From IMG/VR virus record IMGVR_UViG_3300014911_000001, positions 32,001-96,000 of that record: a stretch of 64,000 nucleotides of DNA; one strand, written 5' to 3'. The translations under genes and the position numbers were made by a program. This stretch comes from a virus. Positions 36,354 to 44,391 of the stretch are shown piece after piece. The notes beneath the pieces are model-generated. The model did not search any database. It saw only the letters and a program-made list of their open reading frames with translations, and was not told the DNA's origin. Position 1 is the first letter of the stretch. The number at the start of each line of letters is the position of its first letter.

Positions 36354-36457
36354 TAGCCCCCGGCACGGGGGCTTCATTCTTTTTTCTCTCCACCTCCTTT
36401 CTAGCGGGATGAGCTAGCCCGGCCACCTAGCCCATCCCGCGGTTTAAGGTTTAACCT

Positions 36458-38857
36458 TTAATCGAGCTTCCAGAAGTTGAGCCAAAATTCGCGATCGGCA
36501 TTAGCAAGAGGATGAAGACCAGCAGGAGTTGTAATCCTAAGAAGCCGCGCGATTTCCCAGTTTCGCTTCCGACCAGTATGAAGTTCCACAAGAAATCTCA
36601 CATGAGATTCAAGTTCAGATTCGGTACCAGCAACAATTGCAAGGAAGTCGTTCTCAGCAACGGTAAGAGATTTCCAAGTGGTAAGAATTGCCTGAGGTTC
36701 AAACGCAGCAAGAAGTTTACGGAATCGCCGGTTGAGTCTCCGGAAGTTCCTAGTAAGAAGTATACGTAGCTCAGCAATCCTGCTGTTGAGGAAGCGCCTA
36801 CGCCGATCCAGTTCCCGTCTCCTATTTTTGAGGGTAGCCAGAGCATCGGATAGGGTATTAAGCCTAGGTAGCAGCCACTTTTCCATTTTCTGCCTCAGAA
36901 CTTCGTTTCTGATCCCAGATACTAGGAACCTGACTTTAGTTTCAGGTTTCGCATTAGCGAAGAGTCTCCGGCTCCGATTAACTACCGTATCAACCGCCGT
37001 CACTTTCTCCGCAAGAGCATTCACTTCATTTTCTATCTTCCGTATCCGAGAGAGCATCCGTCCAAACATGCGCCTCCTTATGCGATCCCACTTGAGGAAC
37101 AATGCCTTAACTTCTGGATCAATGGTGCCATCAGGAATAAGATCCTTAAGAGACCTAACTTCTGGCTCAGCAAACTTAACTTCAGGAATAAATTCAGCAA
37201 GAGGACCTGTCGGAGTTATGGCTGCTGGATCAGCTTTCGCGGTTCGGTTAGTGATCATTTGAGTAATAGTATCAAGCCTGGCAGTCGTACTCGCGAGTAG
37301 ATGCAGTCCCGCTTCTACCTCATGACGAAGCTCCGGTTCTTTACCATTAGCAAGATTCACCGCAGCTTGGAATAGCGCTCCAGCTTTCGCAATAAGATCC
37401 ACATTAATCTCAGTATCAGAAAGAAGCATCCTAGTGAAGCCAGCATCTGCCCGTGCGATCATCTCCTTCCCTAGCTCAATATTTTCCACTTCAGTACTAG
37501 GATCCATTCTCCACTTCCCGAAAGAGATTTCTTTTATCTTGCTTCGTATGCTATCGAAGAATTCCTTAGCAACAAGAGGCTCCTTGAAGACCTTGGATGC
37601 CGCGGCGAGAGCCACTTTGTCGCCATCGGCATCCCATCCGCTAGGCATATCTGCAGGGTGTACCAGAATCGCATGCGCACGATGGTCAACAATAATAGGA
37701 AGGATAAGAGTATCACCAGGCAAGATGGGCGACTTCTGTATGAGTAGGAGTTCTCCATCTTTCAGACCAAGCATACGTGCAATCACAGGAGGAATAACAG
37801 CAGTGCCGGGATGTGCATTCTGAAATCCCAGATAGAAGCCCGGGCCTAGTCTCAACTTCCGAAGTGCGATCTTTAAGTGGTCCAGAAGCACTCTCCGCAG
37901 GAAGCCTGCCTCCTTTATGAGGCCGAATTTCCGCAGAATATCAGCAGTCAGAGTCAGCACTGCACTAGGTTCATTGATCGGATCAGCGTTTTTAACAAGG
38001 ATATCAGCCGCTACCTCAGGATCAGAAAAACCATTAATAGCTTCAGCAATCTGCTCCTGAATCCGTTCAACAAACTCAGGCGCTGGATTAACATTCCATC
38101 CGAGTTTCCTTGGCAGAAGGAACCAGCGCGGCAGAGCTTGGCTGAGACTGATGCCACCCGCGAATACGGCACCAACCTCATGCAGCATGATGGTTCGCCC
38201 GAGTTCGAGTACGAAGCGCCGCCTCTTGATGAGTTTTGCGGTGTCAGCATCAGCGACGATATCAGTCCCTGTCTCTATCTCAGTAAGAACTTTATCAGCA
38301 AGAACCTCATCTCCCAGATACAACATCAGCCTCTGGAACCCGACTCTGCCGGGAAGAACTGGTACCGCTATCCCTTTCAGTCCAATAGCTGTAATCTTAA
38401 AACCACGTTTAATAAGAGCACGAGTTACCGCAGGGATATCAGCTTCTGTAGGAGCATGAGCACGCGCAACCAGCTCTGTAAACCTCTCGGACACGAAGAA
38501 AATTCCGTCTACACCCATTTTAGCATCGAGCTTGAGGCCGCGAACATCCACATTAGCCACTCGCTCAGGTTTAAAGTGCCAGCCCTTATTTGGGATCTCC
38601 GGAGTTGTCATCATCTGAATTCGCTTACCAGGAAGAGTTCTCAGATCAAATCCGTGATCGCCGAGGATATCTGCAATCACCTTATTAACCTTATCAATAG
38701 CAGAAGCAGGAACTACTCTAAAGACCCGACAATCAGGAACCATGGTTGGTTTCATTGGAAGATCAGAGTTCAGATCAGGATCAAATGCGAAGAAGACACT
38801 AGCACCAGCTTCAGCGAATAGAATAGCAAGAGGAGACTTCGGTATTCTTTCCATCAT
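36458..38857 (-). CDS. Putative single-subunit double-psi beta-barrel RNA polymerase (YonO / cellular RdRP-like architecture)
   Basis: Ordered motifs DGIFFVS, GLKG, QKSP, WDADGD; AAAGGAGGT before ATG at 38857/38854. Confidence 0.6.
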   Translation of the reverse strand: MMERIPKSPLAILFAEAGASVFFAFDPDLNSDLPMKPTMVPDCRVFRVVPASAIDKVNKVIADILGDHGFDLRTLPGKRIQMMTTPEIPNKGWHFKPERVANVDVRGLKLDAKMGVDGIFFVSERFTELVARAHAPTEADIPAVTRALIKRGFKITAIGLKGIAVPVLPGRVGFQRLMLYLGDEVLADKVLTEIETGTDIVADADTAKLIKRRRFVLELGRTIMLHEVGAVFAGGISLSQALPRWFLLPRKLGWNVNPAPEFVERIQEQIAEAINGFSDPEVAADILVKNADPINEPSAVLTLTADILRKFGLIKEAGFLRRVLLDHLKIALRKLRLGPGFYLGFQNAHPGTAVIPPVIARMLGLKDGELLLIQKSPILPGDTLILPIIVDHRAHAILVHPADMPSGWDADGDKVALAAASKVFKEPLVAKEFFDSIRSKIKEISFGKWRMDPSTEVENIELGKEMIARADAGFTRMLLSDTEINVDLIAKAGALFQAAVNLANGKEPELRHEVEAGLHLLASTTARLDTITQMITNRTAKADPAAITPTGPLAEFIPEVKFAEPEVRSLKDLIPDGTIDPEVKALFLKWDRIRRRMFGRMLSRIRKIENEVNALAEKVTAVDTVVNRSRRLFANAKPETKVRFLVSGIRNEVLRQKMEKWLLPRLNTLSDALATLKNRRRELDRRRRFLNSRIAELRILLTRNFRRLNRRFRKLLAAFEPQAILTTWKSLTVAENDFLAIVAGTESELESHVRFLVELHTGRKRNWEIARLLRITTPAGLHPLANADREFWLNFWKLD

Positions 38858-39018
38858 ATCACCTCCTTTCCGCCGCGGATTTCGTTGCCCTCGGTGCGGC
38901 ACTCCGAGGGTCGCCGGGCTTCGAGCGTCATTGGTGCCAAGGCTGGCCATAGAATGAAGCCCGGAAATTCCATGGCCATGGCCGGGCGCCTCAGCACCTC
39001 TGCCCTCTTTTTATCCAT
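38854..39018 (-). CDS. Putative 54-aa leader ORF coupled to the polymerase gene
   Basis: AAAGGAGGT before ATG 39018; its TGA overlaps the polymerase ATGATG. Confidence 0.4.
   Translation of the reverse strand: MDKKRAEVLRRPAMAMEFPGFILWPALAPMTLEARRPSECRTEGNEIRGGKEVI
38872..38910 (-). promoter_or_regulatory. 5' leader pseudoknot (PK-d) before polymerase RBS
   Basis: Stem CCCUCGG/CCGAGGG; loop GCCGC pairs with GCGGC next to the RBS. Confidence 0.55.
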
Positions 39019-39042
39019 TCTTTCTTACCTCCTTTATAAATA

Positions 39043-39121
39043 GAGGGACTCTTAGGCCCTTAGGCTATTGACCTAAGGGAGCCCCGGCGCCACGACAAGG
39101 CGGTCCCTCAAAAAGCCGGGG
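39043..39121 (-). ncRNA. HDV-like ribozyme variant Rz2
   Basis: P1 CCCCGGC/GCCGGGG, P2 GAGGGAC/GUCCCUC, P3 GCC/GGC, L3 UUGUCGU, P4 CCCUUAGG/CCUAAGGG, J4/2 CCUAA. Confidence 0.8.
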
Positions 39122-39589
39122 TTAACTCAATTTGACATCATTATTATCCTTCTCTTTCTTTATCCACTCTATCAATTCATCCACTAGGCGCTCCACATTA
39201 TAATCATCAATAATAAGAAGCGCCCTCCTGACCTTGTAGCCGAGCACCTCATGCGCTTTTAGCACATGCCTCGGCATCCAAGGCCAGGTCTCATTGTATC
39301 CCCCATTATATTTGATTTGGAGAAGGATTACCTCCTTCTTATGGGGGATACCAATGCTGACGTCGATTTTAAATACGACGTCAGCTTTACTCCCGATAGG
39401 ATAGTCTATTAATTTCCATCCCGCCGGAAGCTTGGAGGATAGTTCTTCAATGAATCTATCCTCCGCTTCGAAGCCAGCTCTATGCGCCTCATGTGCGATA
39501 GAGCTAACCTCGAAATCCGGGCGGATTATTTCATGACATTCCGCCCAGAATTTTCGCGCTATAGTGCGGGCATGCGTTTCCATATCCAT
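39122..39589 (-). CDS. Putative PD-(D/E)xK-fold nuclease
   Basis: GFEAE...KIDV...LLQIK spacing resembles the E...D...QxK variant. Confidence 0.4.
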   Translation of the reverse strand: MDMETHARTIARKFWAECHEIIRPDFEVSSIAHEAHRAGFEAEDRFIEELSSKLPAGWKLIDYPIGSKADVVFKIDVSIGIPHKKEVILLQIKYNGGYNETWPWMPRHVLKAHEVLGYKVRRALLIIDDYNVERLVDELIEWIKKEKDNNDVKLS

Positions 39590-39601
39590 GGTTGCCTCCT
39601 T

Positions 39602-40177
39602 TTACTCGACAAGAACATGATATATTCCATTTATTTTCTTTACTTTCCTTACTCTAAATAAACATTTATCCACAATTACTTCCTCTTCTTCACAATAAGG
39701 TTGCAAATTCAACAATCTCCCCTCTGCTTTAGTCATAAATACAACAGGAACTACATCAGGAAAATTATATCCTTCCCACAAATCCGGGTCATCAAACTCG
39801 TTATCATAACTTCTCTTTTTTCAAATTGCGAAGCGCTTTGCAACTGCATAACGCCTCGTCCAACTCATATTGATAGATATTTTCCTCCCTATCTGAGGGA
39901 TAGCATATACAACATCCCCTCTGAATAATAGTGATCTTACCTTAGGACACCCTAATAACGATATTTTTAAGGCGAGCTTAGAAATATAGATACCTCTCCC
40001 CTTCCACATTCTCAGCAAAGCGATCCTATTGTCTTTTGAAAATATCCCGCACAAAATTCTCAGCTTTTTCAATAACAGCTTGTATTTCATTTGGAGATGG
40101 TTCAGCTTTATTTCCCAACTCCTGTAAAAAACATTCCTTTTAGGATCTTTAATGAATAACGAAATGACCCACCACAT
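39602..40177 (-). pseudogene. ADP-ribosyltransferase-like gene interrupted by in-frame TGA at 39821-39823
   Basis: LFRG and SWT before the stop; frame stays open 72 more codons containing EEEVIV. Confidence 0.6.
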
Positions 40178-40192
40178 TGTTACACCTCCTTT

Positions 40193-40251
40193 TGCCCGTA
40201 TTAGTTTACCAAGGGCACCATCTGACCTGCGGGCATTGATCAGACGGTGCC
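40193..40251 (-). promoter_or_regulatory. 5' leader pseudoknot (PK-c)
   Basis: Stem GGCACCGUCUGAUC/GGUCAGAUGGUGCC; loop UGCCCG pairs with CGGGCA next to the RBS of 40177. Confidence 0.6.
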
Positions 40252-40320
40252 TATGTTACAAAACGGGCACCGTATAGTCATGGTAACAATACGGTGCCCT
40301 CACAACATCCCCTTTTATTA

Positions 40321-40396
40321 GGGTGCTCTTAGACCCTTAGGGATTGGACCTAAGGGAGCCCCTCCACCACGTCAAGGTGGCACCCTATCGGAGGGG
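40321..40396 (-). ncRNA. HDV-like ribozyme variant Rz3
   Basis: P1 CCCCUCC/GGAGGGG, P2 GGGUGC/GCACCC, P3 ACC/GGU, L3 UUGACGU, P4 CCCUUAGG/CCUAAGGG, J4/2 UCUAA. Confidence 0.8.
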
Positions 40397-40449
40397 TAGC
40401 AAGGCCATCATGTGAGGCCTTGCTTTGGCTTGGGCGGCACCTCATCATC

Positions 40450-40746
40450 TTACACATAAAAGCGATCCAACCCCTCAATATGAGGGGTTGTTTTGCTCTC
40501 CCTATCAACGATGTACAAGTTAGTCCCTATCCGAAATATGTCATGATACTTACACGCCTCCGGCTCCACAATAAGCTCTGCATCCTCAGGTATATATCCA
40601 ACCCATCCTTTGTACAAGCACCTCCGCACTAAGACATGAGTAAAACAGCTGGAATCAACAAGTGTAAGTCTATCATCATCATCATCGTAAATTCCGATAT
40701 ACCAGTAGTTATCTCTCACCAAGACTTTAATGACTTTTACCGCCAC
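40450..40746 (-). CDS. Hypothetical protein; GTG start at 40746
   Basis: AAAGGAGG upstream of GTG; the longer ORF start lies within RNA structure. Confidence 0.65.
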   Translation of the reverse strand: MAVKVIKVLVRDNYWYIGIYDDDDDRLTLVDSSCFTHVLVRRCLYKGWVGYIPEDAELIVEPEACKYHDIFRIGTNLYIVDRESKTTPHIEGLDRFYV

Positions 40747-40761
40747 GATAAACCTCCTTTC

Positions 40762-40820
40762 GCCGCACCTCAGTTCAGCCCCCGACACGCATGCGGTGCG
40801 GCATTTACATACGTGTCGGG
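40762..40820 (-). promoter_or_regulatory. 5' leader pseudoknot (PK-b)
   Basis: 14-bp stem; loop AAAU-GCCGCACC pairs with GGUGCGGC abutting the RBS. Confidence 0.7.
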
Positions 40821-40836
40821 ATGCCGCCCAAGCCAT

Positions 40837-40907
40837 CGGACGCTCTTAGACCTAGCCACAAGGCTAGGAGCCCCTCCACCACGTCAAGGTGGCGTCCGTC
40901 GGAGGGG
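40837..40907 (-). ncRNA. HDV-like ribozyme variant Rz4
   Basis: P1 CCCCUCC/GGAGGGG, P2 CGGACGC/GCGUCCG, P3 ACC/GGU, L3 UUGACGU, P4 CCUAGC/GCUAGG, J4/2 UCUAA. Confidence 0.8.
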
Positions 40908-40956
40908 TAGCAAGGCCATGCGAGACCTTGCTTTGTCTGCGGGGGCACCATGAATA

Positions 40957-41190
40957 TTATAACTCTGATGGACGGGGCCTCTGTAACGATTCAAAATATA
41001 GCGATAAAGCCTCCATGAATGTCACAGGAATCCCTTTTTTCTTATACTGGAATGGAGGCGCCGGAACATTACCCAGCACCTCCTTTGTTATTTTTATTGC
41101 AATGTAACCTCTAAGTTCCTTAAACCGGTATGTCTTGATTTCACCATTATTATAAATGGTGATAGCATTCACGTTTTTTGACATCCTCAT
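40957..41190 (-). CDS. Small hypothetical protein
   Basis: GGAGG RBS; sits inside RNA cassette. Confidence 0.65.
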   Translation of the reverse strand: MRMSKNVNAITIYNNGEIKTYRFKELRGYIAIKITKEVLGNVPAPPFQYKKKGIPVTFMEALSLYFESLQRPRPSEL

Positions 41191-41206
41191 TTTATCCTCC
41201 TTTTTC

Positions 41207-41266
41207 GCCGCGCCTTGGTTCTACGCCCAGCATGTACGCGGCGCGGCATTTACGCACATGCTGGGC
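41207..41266 (-). promoter_or_regulatory. 5' leader pseudoknot (PK-a)
   Basis: 15-bp stem; loop AAAU-GCCGCGCC pairs with GGCGCGGC next to the RBS. Confidence 0.7.
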
Positions 41267-41759
41267 TGGCGCCCCCGCAATCCCCTATTAGCCGAGGAAG
41301 CAAATCAAAAATCAAGGGGGCAGGGGGGTCGAAATACAATCCGACCCCCTCAAAATCCACAATAGAGACCTCCTGAATTTTTTGCCGATTTCTTGACCCT
41401 TATGGACCTCCCTGTAGACTCATTCCGACGGGGTACCTTGCGGCATAGGGAGGTGTTCTATGAGGTTGTTGGTTGGACTGGATATGGGCTTGTGATGGTT
41501 ATTGTGTTAGGGTCTGGGGGGTGTGGGACCTCTTGTGGGCTTGTTTGTGACTATGTGGGTTGGTGTGGGCTACCCCTTTTCGACCCTATGGGTCTGCTCT
41601 CTATAAGGCTTCCTGCTTCAGCGAGGGATAGCTAGGCTTATGTGAAGCCCCCGCCAGAGCCCTCTCCACAGGCATAAGTTCGGGCCGCCCCGGCCCTACC
41701 ACCCGTGAGGTGGGTGAGCCCATTTTTTGTGATGTATGTTGTGTGTATGTTAGCATTTT

Positions 41760-42203
41760 TTATATACCTGTGCTACCGAATCCATTTTGGTTGCGTGTTG
41801 TGGGTGTTACATCATTGACAGGTTCGAATTCGCATGGATGTATTCGTGATATTATTATTTGGGCTATTCTATCGCCGTCTTTTATGGTAATGTTTTTGTT
41901 ACCGAGGTTGATGAGGATGACCATTATTTCGCCTCTGTAGTCGCTATCTATGGTTCCTGGTGAGTTAAGGACCGTTAGTCCGTGTCTGAGTGCTAGTCCA
42001 CTTCTTGGGCGGATTTGTGCTTCGTAGTTGTTGGGTAGTTCTAGTATGAAGCCGGCCGGTATGGCTTTATATTCACCCGGGTGTAGTGTTATGGGTTTTT
42101 GGAGTCTTGCGAAGATGTCGTAGCCTGCTGAACCCGGGGTCATTTTTCTTGGCATTGTACCGCCGGGCAGAAGTTTTAGTTTGATTTTATTAGTGTTACT
42201 CAT
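41760..42203 (-). CDS. dut: Trimeric dUTPase (probable start MSNTNK)
   Basis: AGYD, RSG, GTIDSDYRGE, RIAQ, RNQNGFGSTG. Confidence 0.93.
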   Translation of the reverse strand: MSNTNKIKLKLLPGGTMPRKMTPGSAGYDIFARLQKPITLHPGEYKAIPAGFILELPNNYEAQIRPRSGLALRHGLTVLNSPGTIDSDYRGEIMVILINLGNKNITIKDGDRIAQIIISRIHPCEFEPVNDVTPTTRNQNGFGSTGI

Positions 42204-42428
42204 GGCTACTGGATTTAATTTGTTCGTTCTTACTGTTACTAATAGGTTTGATACCCAGTACCCATTGGGCACCGCATTCACATATTAGTGTCATCCTTTT
42301 ATACCCTTGCGTATCGGATGCTGTGAATACGATGGACACAGATTGACCGTCTTTTAGGTTCCATCCTTCTATTATGTTTGTTTTACCGCATACGGGGCAT
42401 GTGAAGAAGCCCGCCCATTTTTGTTCCT

Positions 42429-42824
42429 TCATTTTATCTCCTTATTGTTTTTATCGTTGAAATATGTTTTTCTAAATTCCTCTAGGATAGGTTCATCACC
42501 TGTACCATAGAGGACGGCGTGCATCCATTCAGTTACTTGATCTGCTGTATGGTGTGGAAATACATCCTTCATGCATCCGAAGTATTTTTGCCAGTTGGTT
42601 GGTTTAGGTTTTTTATGTTCTTTTATAGTCCATTTTTTGGTAGCTGTGGCGGATCCGTAGGTTGTGAGGATGAGGCCTATAATTATTATTATTATGGTGT
42701 ATGTAGTGGGATTATTGGTGTAGTGGTGGAGGAGGAAGCCGGCCGCAGTGGTAAGGAGGCCCCAGAATCGTTTGCTTTTCCAGAAGGGTTTGGTGTTATT
42801 ATTGTTATTATCGTGTGTGCTCAT
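42429..42824 (-). CDS. Holin-like two-TM membrane protein
   Basis: KPFWKSKRFWG followed by two hydrophobic helices. Confidence 0.45.
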   Translation of the reverse strand: MSTHDNNNNNTKPFWKSKRFWGLLTTAAGFLLHHYTNNPTTYTIIIIIIGLILTTYGSATATKKWTIKEHKKPKPTNWQKYFGCMKDVFPHHTADQVTEWMHAVLYGTGDEPILEEFRKTYFNDKNNKEIK

Positions 42825-44052
42825 TTTGGATCTCCTTTATGTTATGAAGCCCGCGCTTCAGTATATTAATACTTGCATTATAATCTCTATCGAGGGTTGC
42901 ACCACAGAACGGACATTTATGTATACGATCGTGGAGTGATTTGGGTACCTTATGTCCACATGAGGAGCATGTCTGCGTAGTATATGCTGGGTTAACCTTG
43001 ATGACCTGTGAGCCGTGAAGCCGCGCCTTGTAGGATGTTAGATTGATAAGTGTGTTCCATCCTGCATCGTAGATGTATTTAGAGAGGTGAAGCCGGCGGC
43101 GCTTGCTTACAAGATCACGTATTTTTATATCCTCGAATATAATAATATCATAGTTAGTAGCAAGCTGGTGTGAGATATGATGGAGGAAGCCGCGCCGCAT
43201 GTTAGCTAATCGTTCATGGAGTCTGGCTAGTTTACGCCTCTGTTTCATATAATTAGCACTCCCTCGCTGCTTGCGCGAGAGCTGTTTTTGTACACGCTTT
43301 ATACGTTTTTCGAGTTTGGTGATGAAGCGCGGGTTAGATACAATATTACCATCACTTGATACGATGAGATTCGTAAGCCCGAGATCTATACCGATGATGC
43401 GCTGCTTATTATTAGTATCGATAACGATAGTAGCGTCATTATTATTGGGTACTTCAACTGTTACATATACATACCATCTACCGCTGGGATGTCTTTTTAT
43501 AGTAACATTTTTGGCTTTAGTCCAGTCGATGGGTCGGTGAAGGCGGATTTTTAAGCCGCCGAGTTTGGGTAAATGAATATATGCGAACTTATCATTCAGT
43601 TTCTCAAATTTAATGACAGGATACCCATCCGGATAGTTTTTATGAGTCATCCAAACTTGTGGATATGTAAGTGATAGATATTGATCAGGTTTTTTGGGTT
43701 TAGGCGGACTTATATGTCCTTCTTTATTCCTGATGGCTACAAAGAAACGCTTATATGCCCAGTCAATCTTATCAATTATAGCCTTTAAGACACCTGAATA
43801 AACGAGCCTTAAGGCAGGTTCCTCTCTTTTAAATGCGGTTAGGTTACGTTGCCTCTCAAATTTTGTAGGGGTTCTATGTTCTTCATCCCATATACGTCTG
43901 TATTCATTTATTTCGTAATTATAGAACCAGCAGAGGATGGACAGCCAGTTTTCTAGTTTGTATTCTTGTAGTGTTGTTGGATAGGCTCTGAATTTGTAGG
44001 TGAGGTAGGAAGCCGCCGCCTTATCAGTATTTTTTGATCCCTGTTTATTCAT
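42808..44052 (-). CDS. tnpB: IS200/IS605-family TnpB RNA-guided endonuclease
   Basis: YKFRAYPT, GIDLG, FEDI, YTTQTCSSCG, CPFCG, DRDYNASINI. Confidence 0.92.
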   Translation of the reverse strand: MNKQGSKNTDKAAASYLTYKFRAYPTTLQEYKLENWLSILCWFYNYEINEYRRIWDEEHRTPTKFERQRNLTAFKREEPALRLVYSGVLKAIIDKIDWAYKRFFVAIRNKEGHISPPKPKKPDQYLSLTYPQVWMTHKNYPDGYPVIKFEKLNDKFAYIHLPKLGGLKIRLHRPIDWTKAKNVTIKRHPSGRWYVYVTVEVPNNNDATIVIDTNNKQRIIGIDLGLTNLIVSSDGNIVSNPRFITKLEKRIKRVQKQLSRKQRGSANYMKQRRKLARLHERLANMRRGFLHHISHQLATNYDIIIFEDIKIRDLVSKRRRLHLSKYIYDAGWNTLINLTSYKARLHGSQVIKVNPAYTTQTCSSCGHKVPKSLHDRIHKCPFCGATLDRDYNASINILKRGLHNIKEIQNEHTR

Positions 44053-44391
44053 TTCATTATGTTACTATATGATGGAACATTTTATATTGGATATGTTACA
44101 CTATGGTATAACATCTCTCTCCTCTGTCTCTATGGACATATTGATCATATCTATTATGTCCTCAGGTAGGGAGTGAAGAATCTCTCTGAACTCGTCCTCA
44201 CCATCGAATACATAAACAGATAAGCGCCCGCATTTTTCATAGTCACCACACGGATGAATGCGTCTTATATCCCATGCGACCTTATCTTTTGATGTTATCA
44301 CCTTTATGTTGAACTCAGCATTGACTATCGTTGACTCTCCCTTCCATATGTTAACGCAAGGATTAACGCAATAGTTAACGCATAGGTACAT

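Noticed and set aside
36180-36377. 65-aa ORF after the polymerase
   Set aside because: Runs through Rz1 and GC-rich hairpins; likely a by-product of RNA structure
36732-38821. Long + strand ORFs (176, 129, 314 aa)
   Set aside because: Antisense shadows of the polymerase gene with no RBS or motifs
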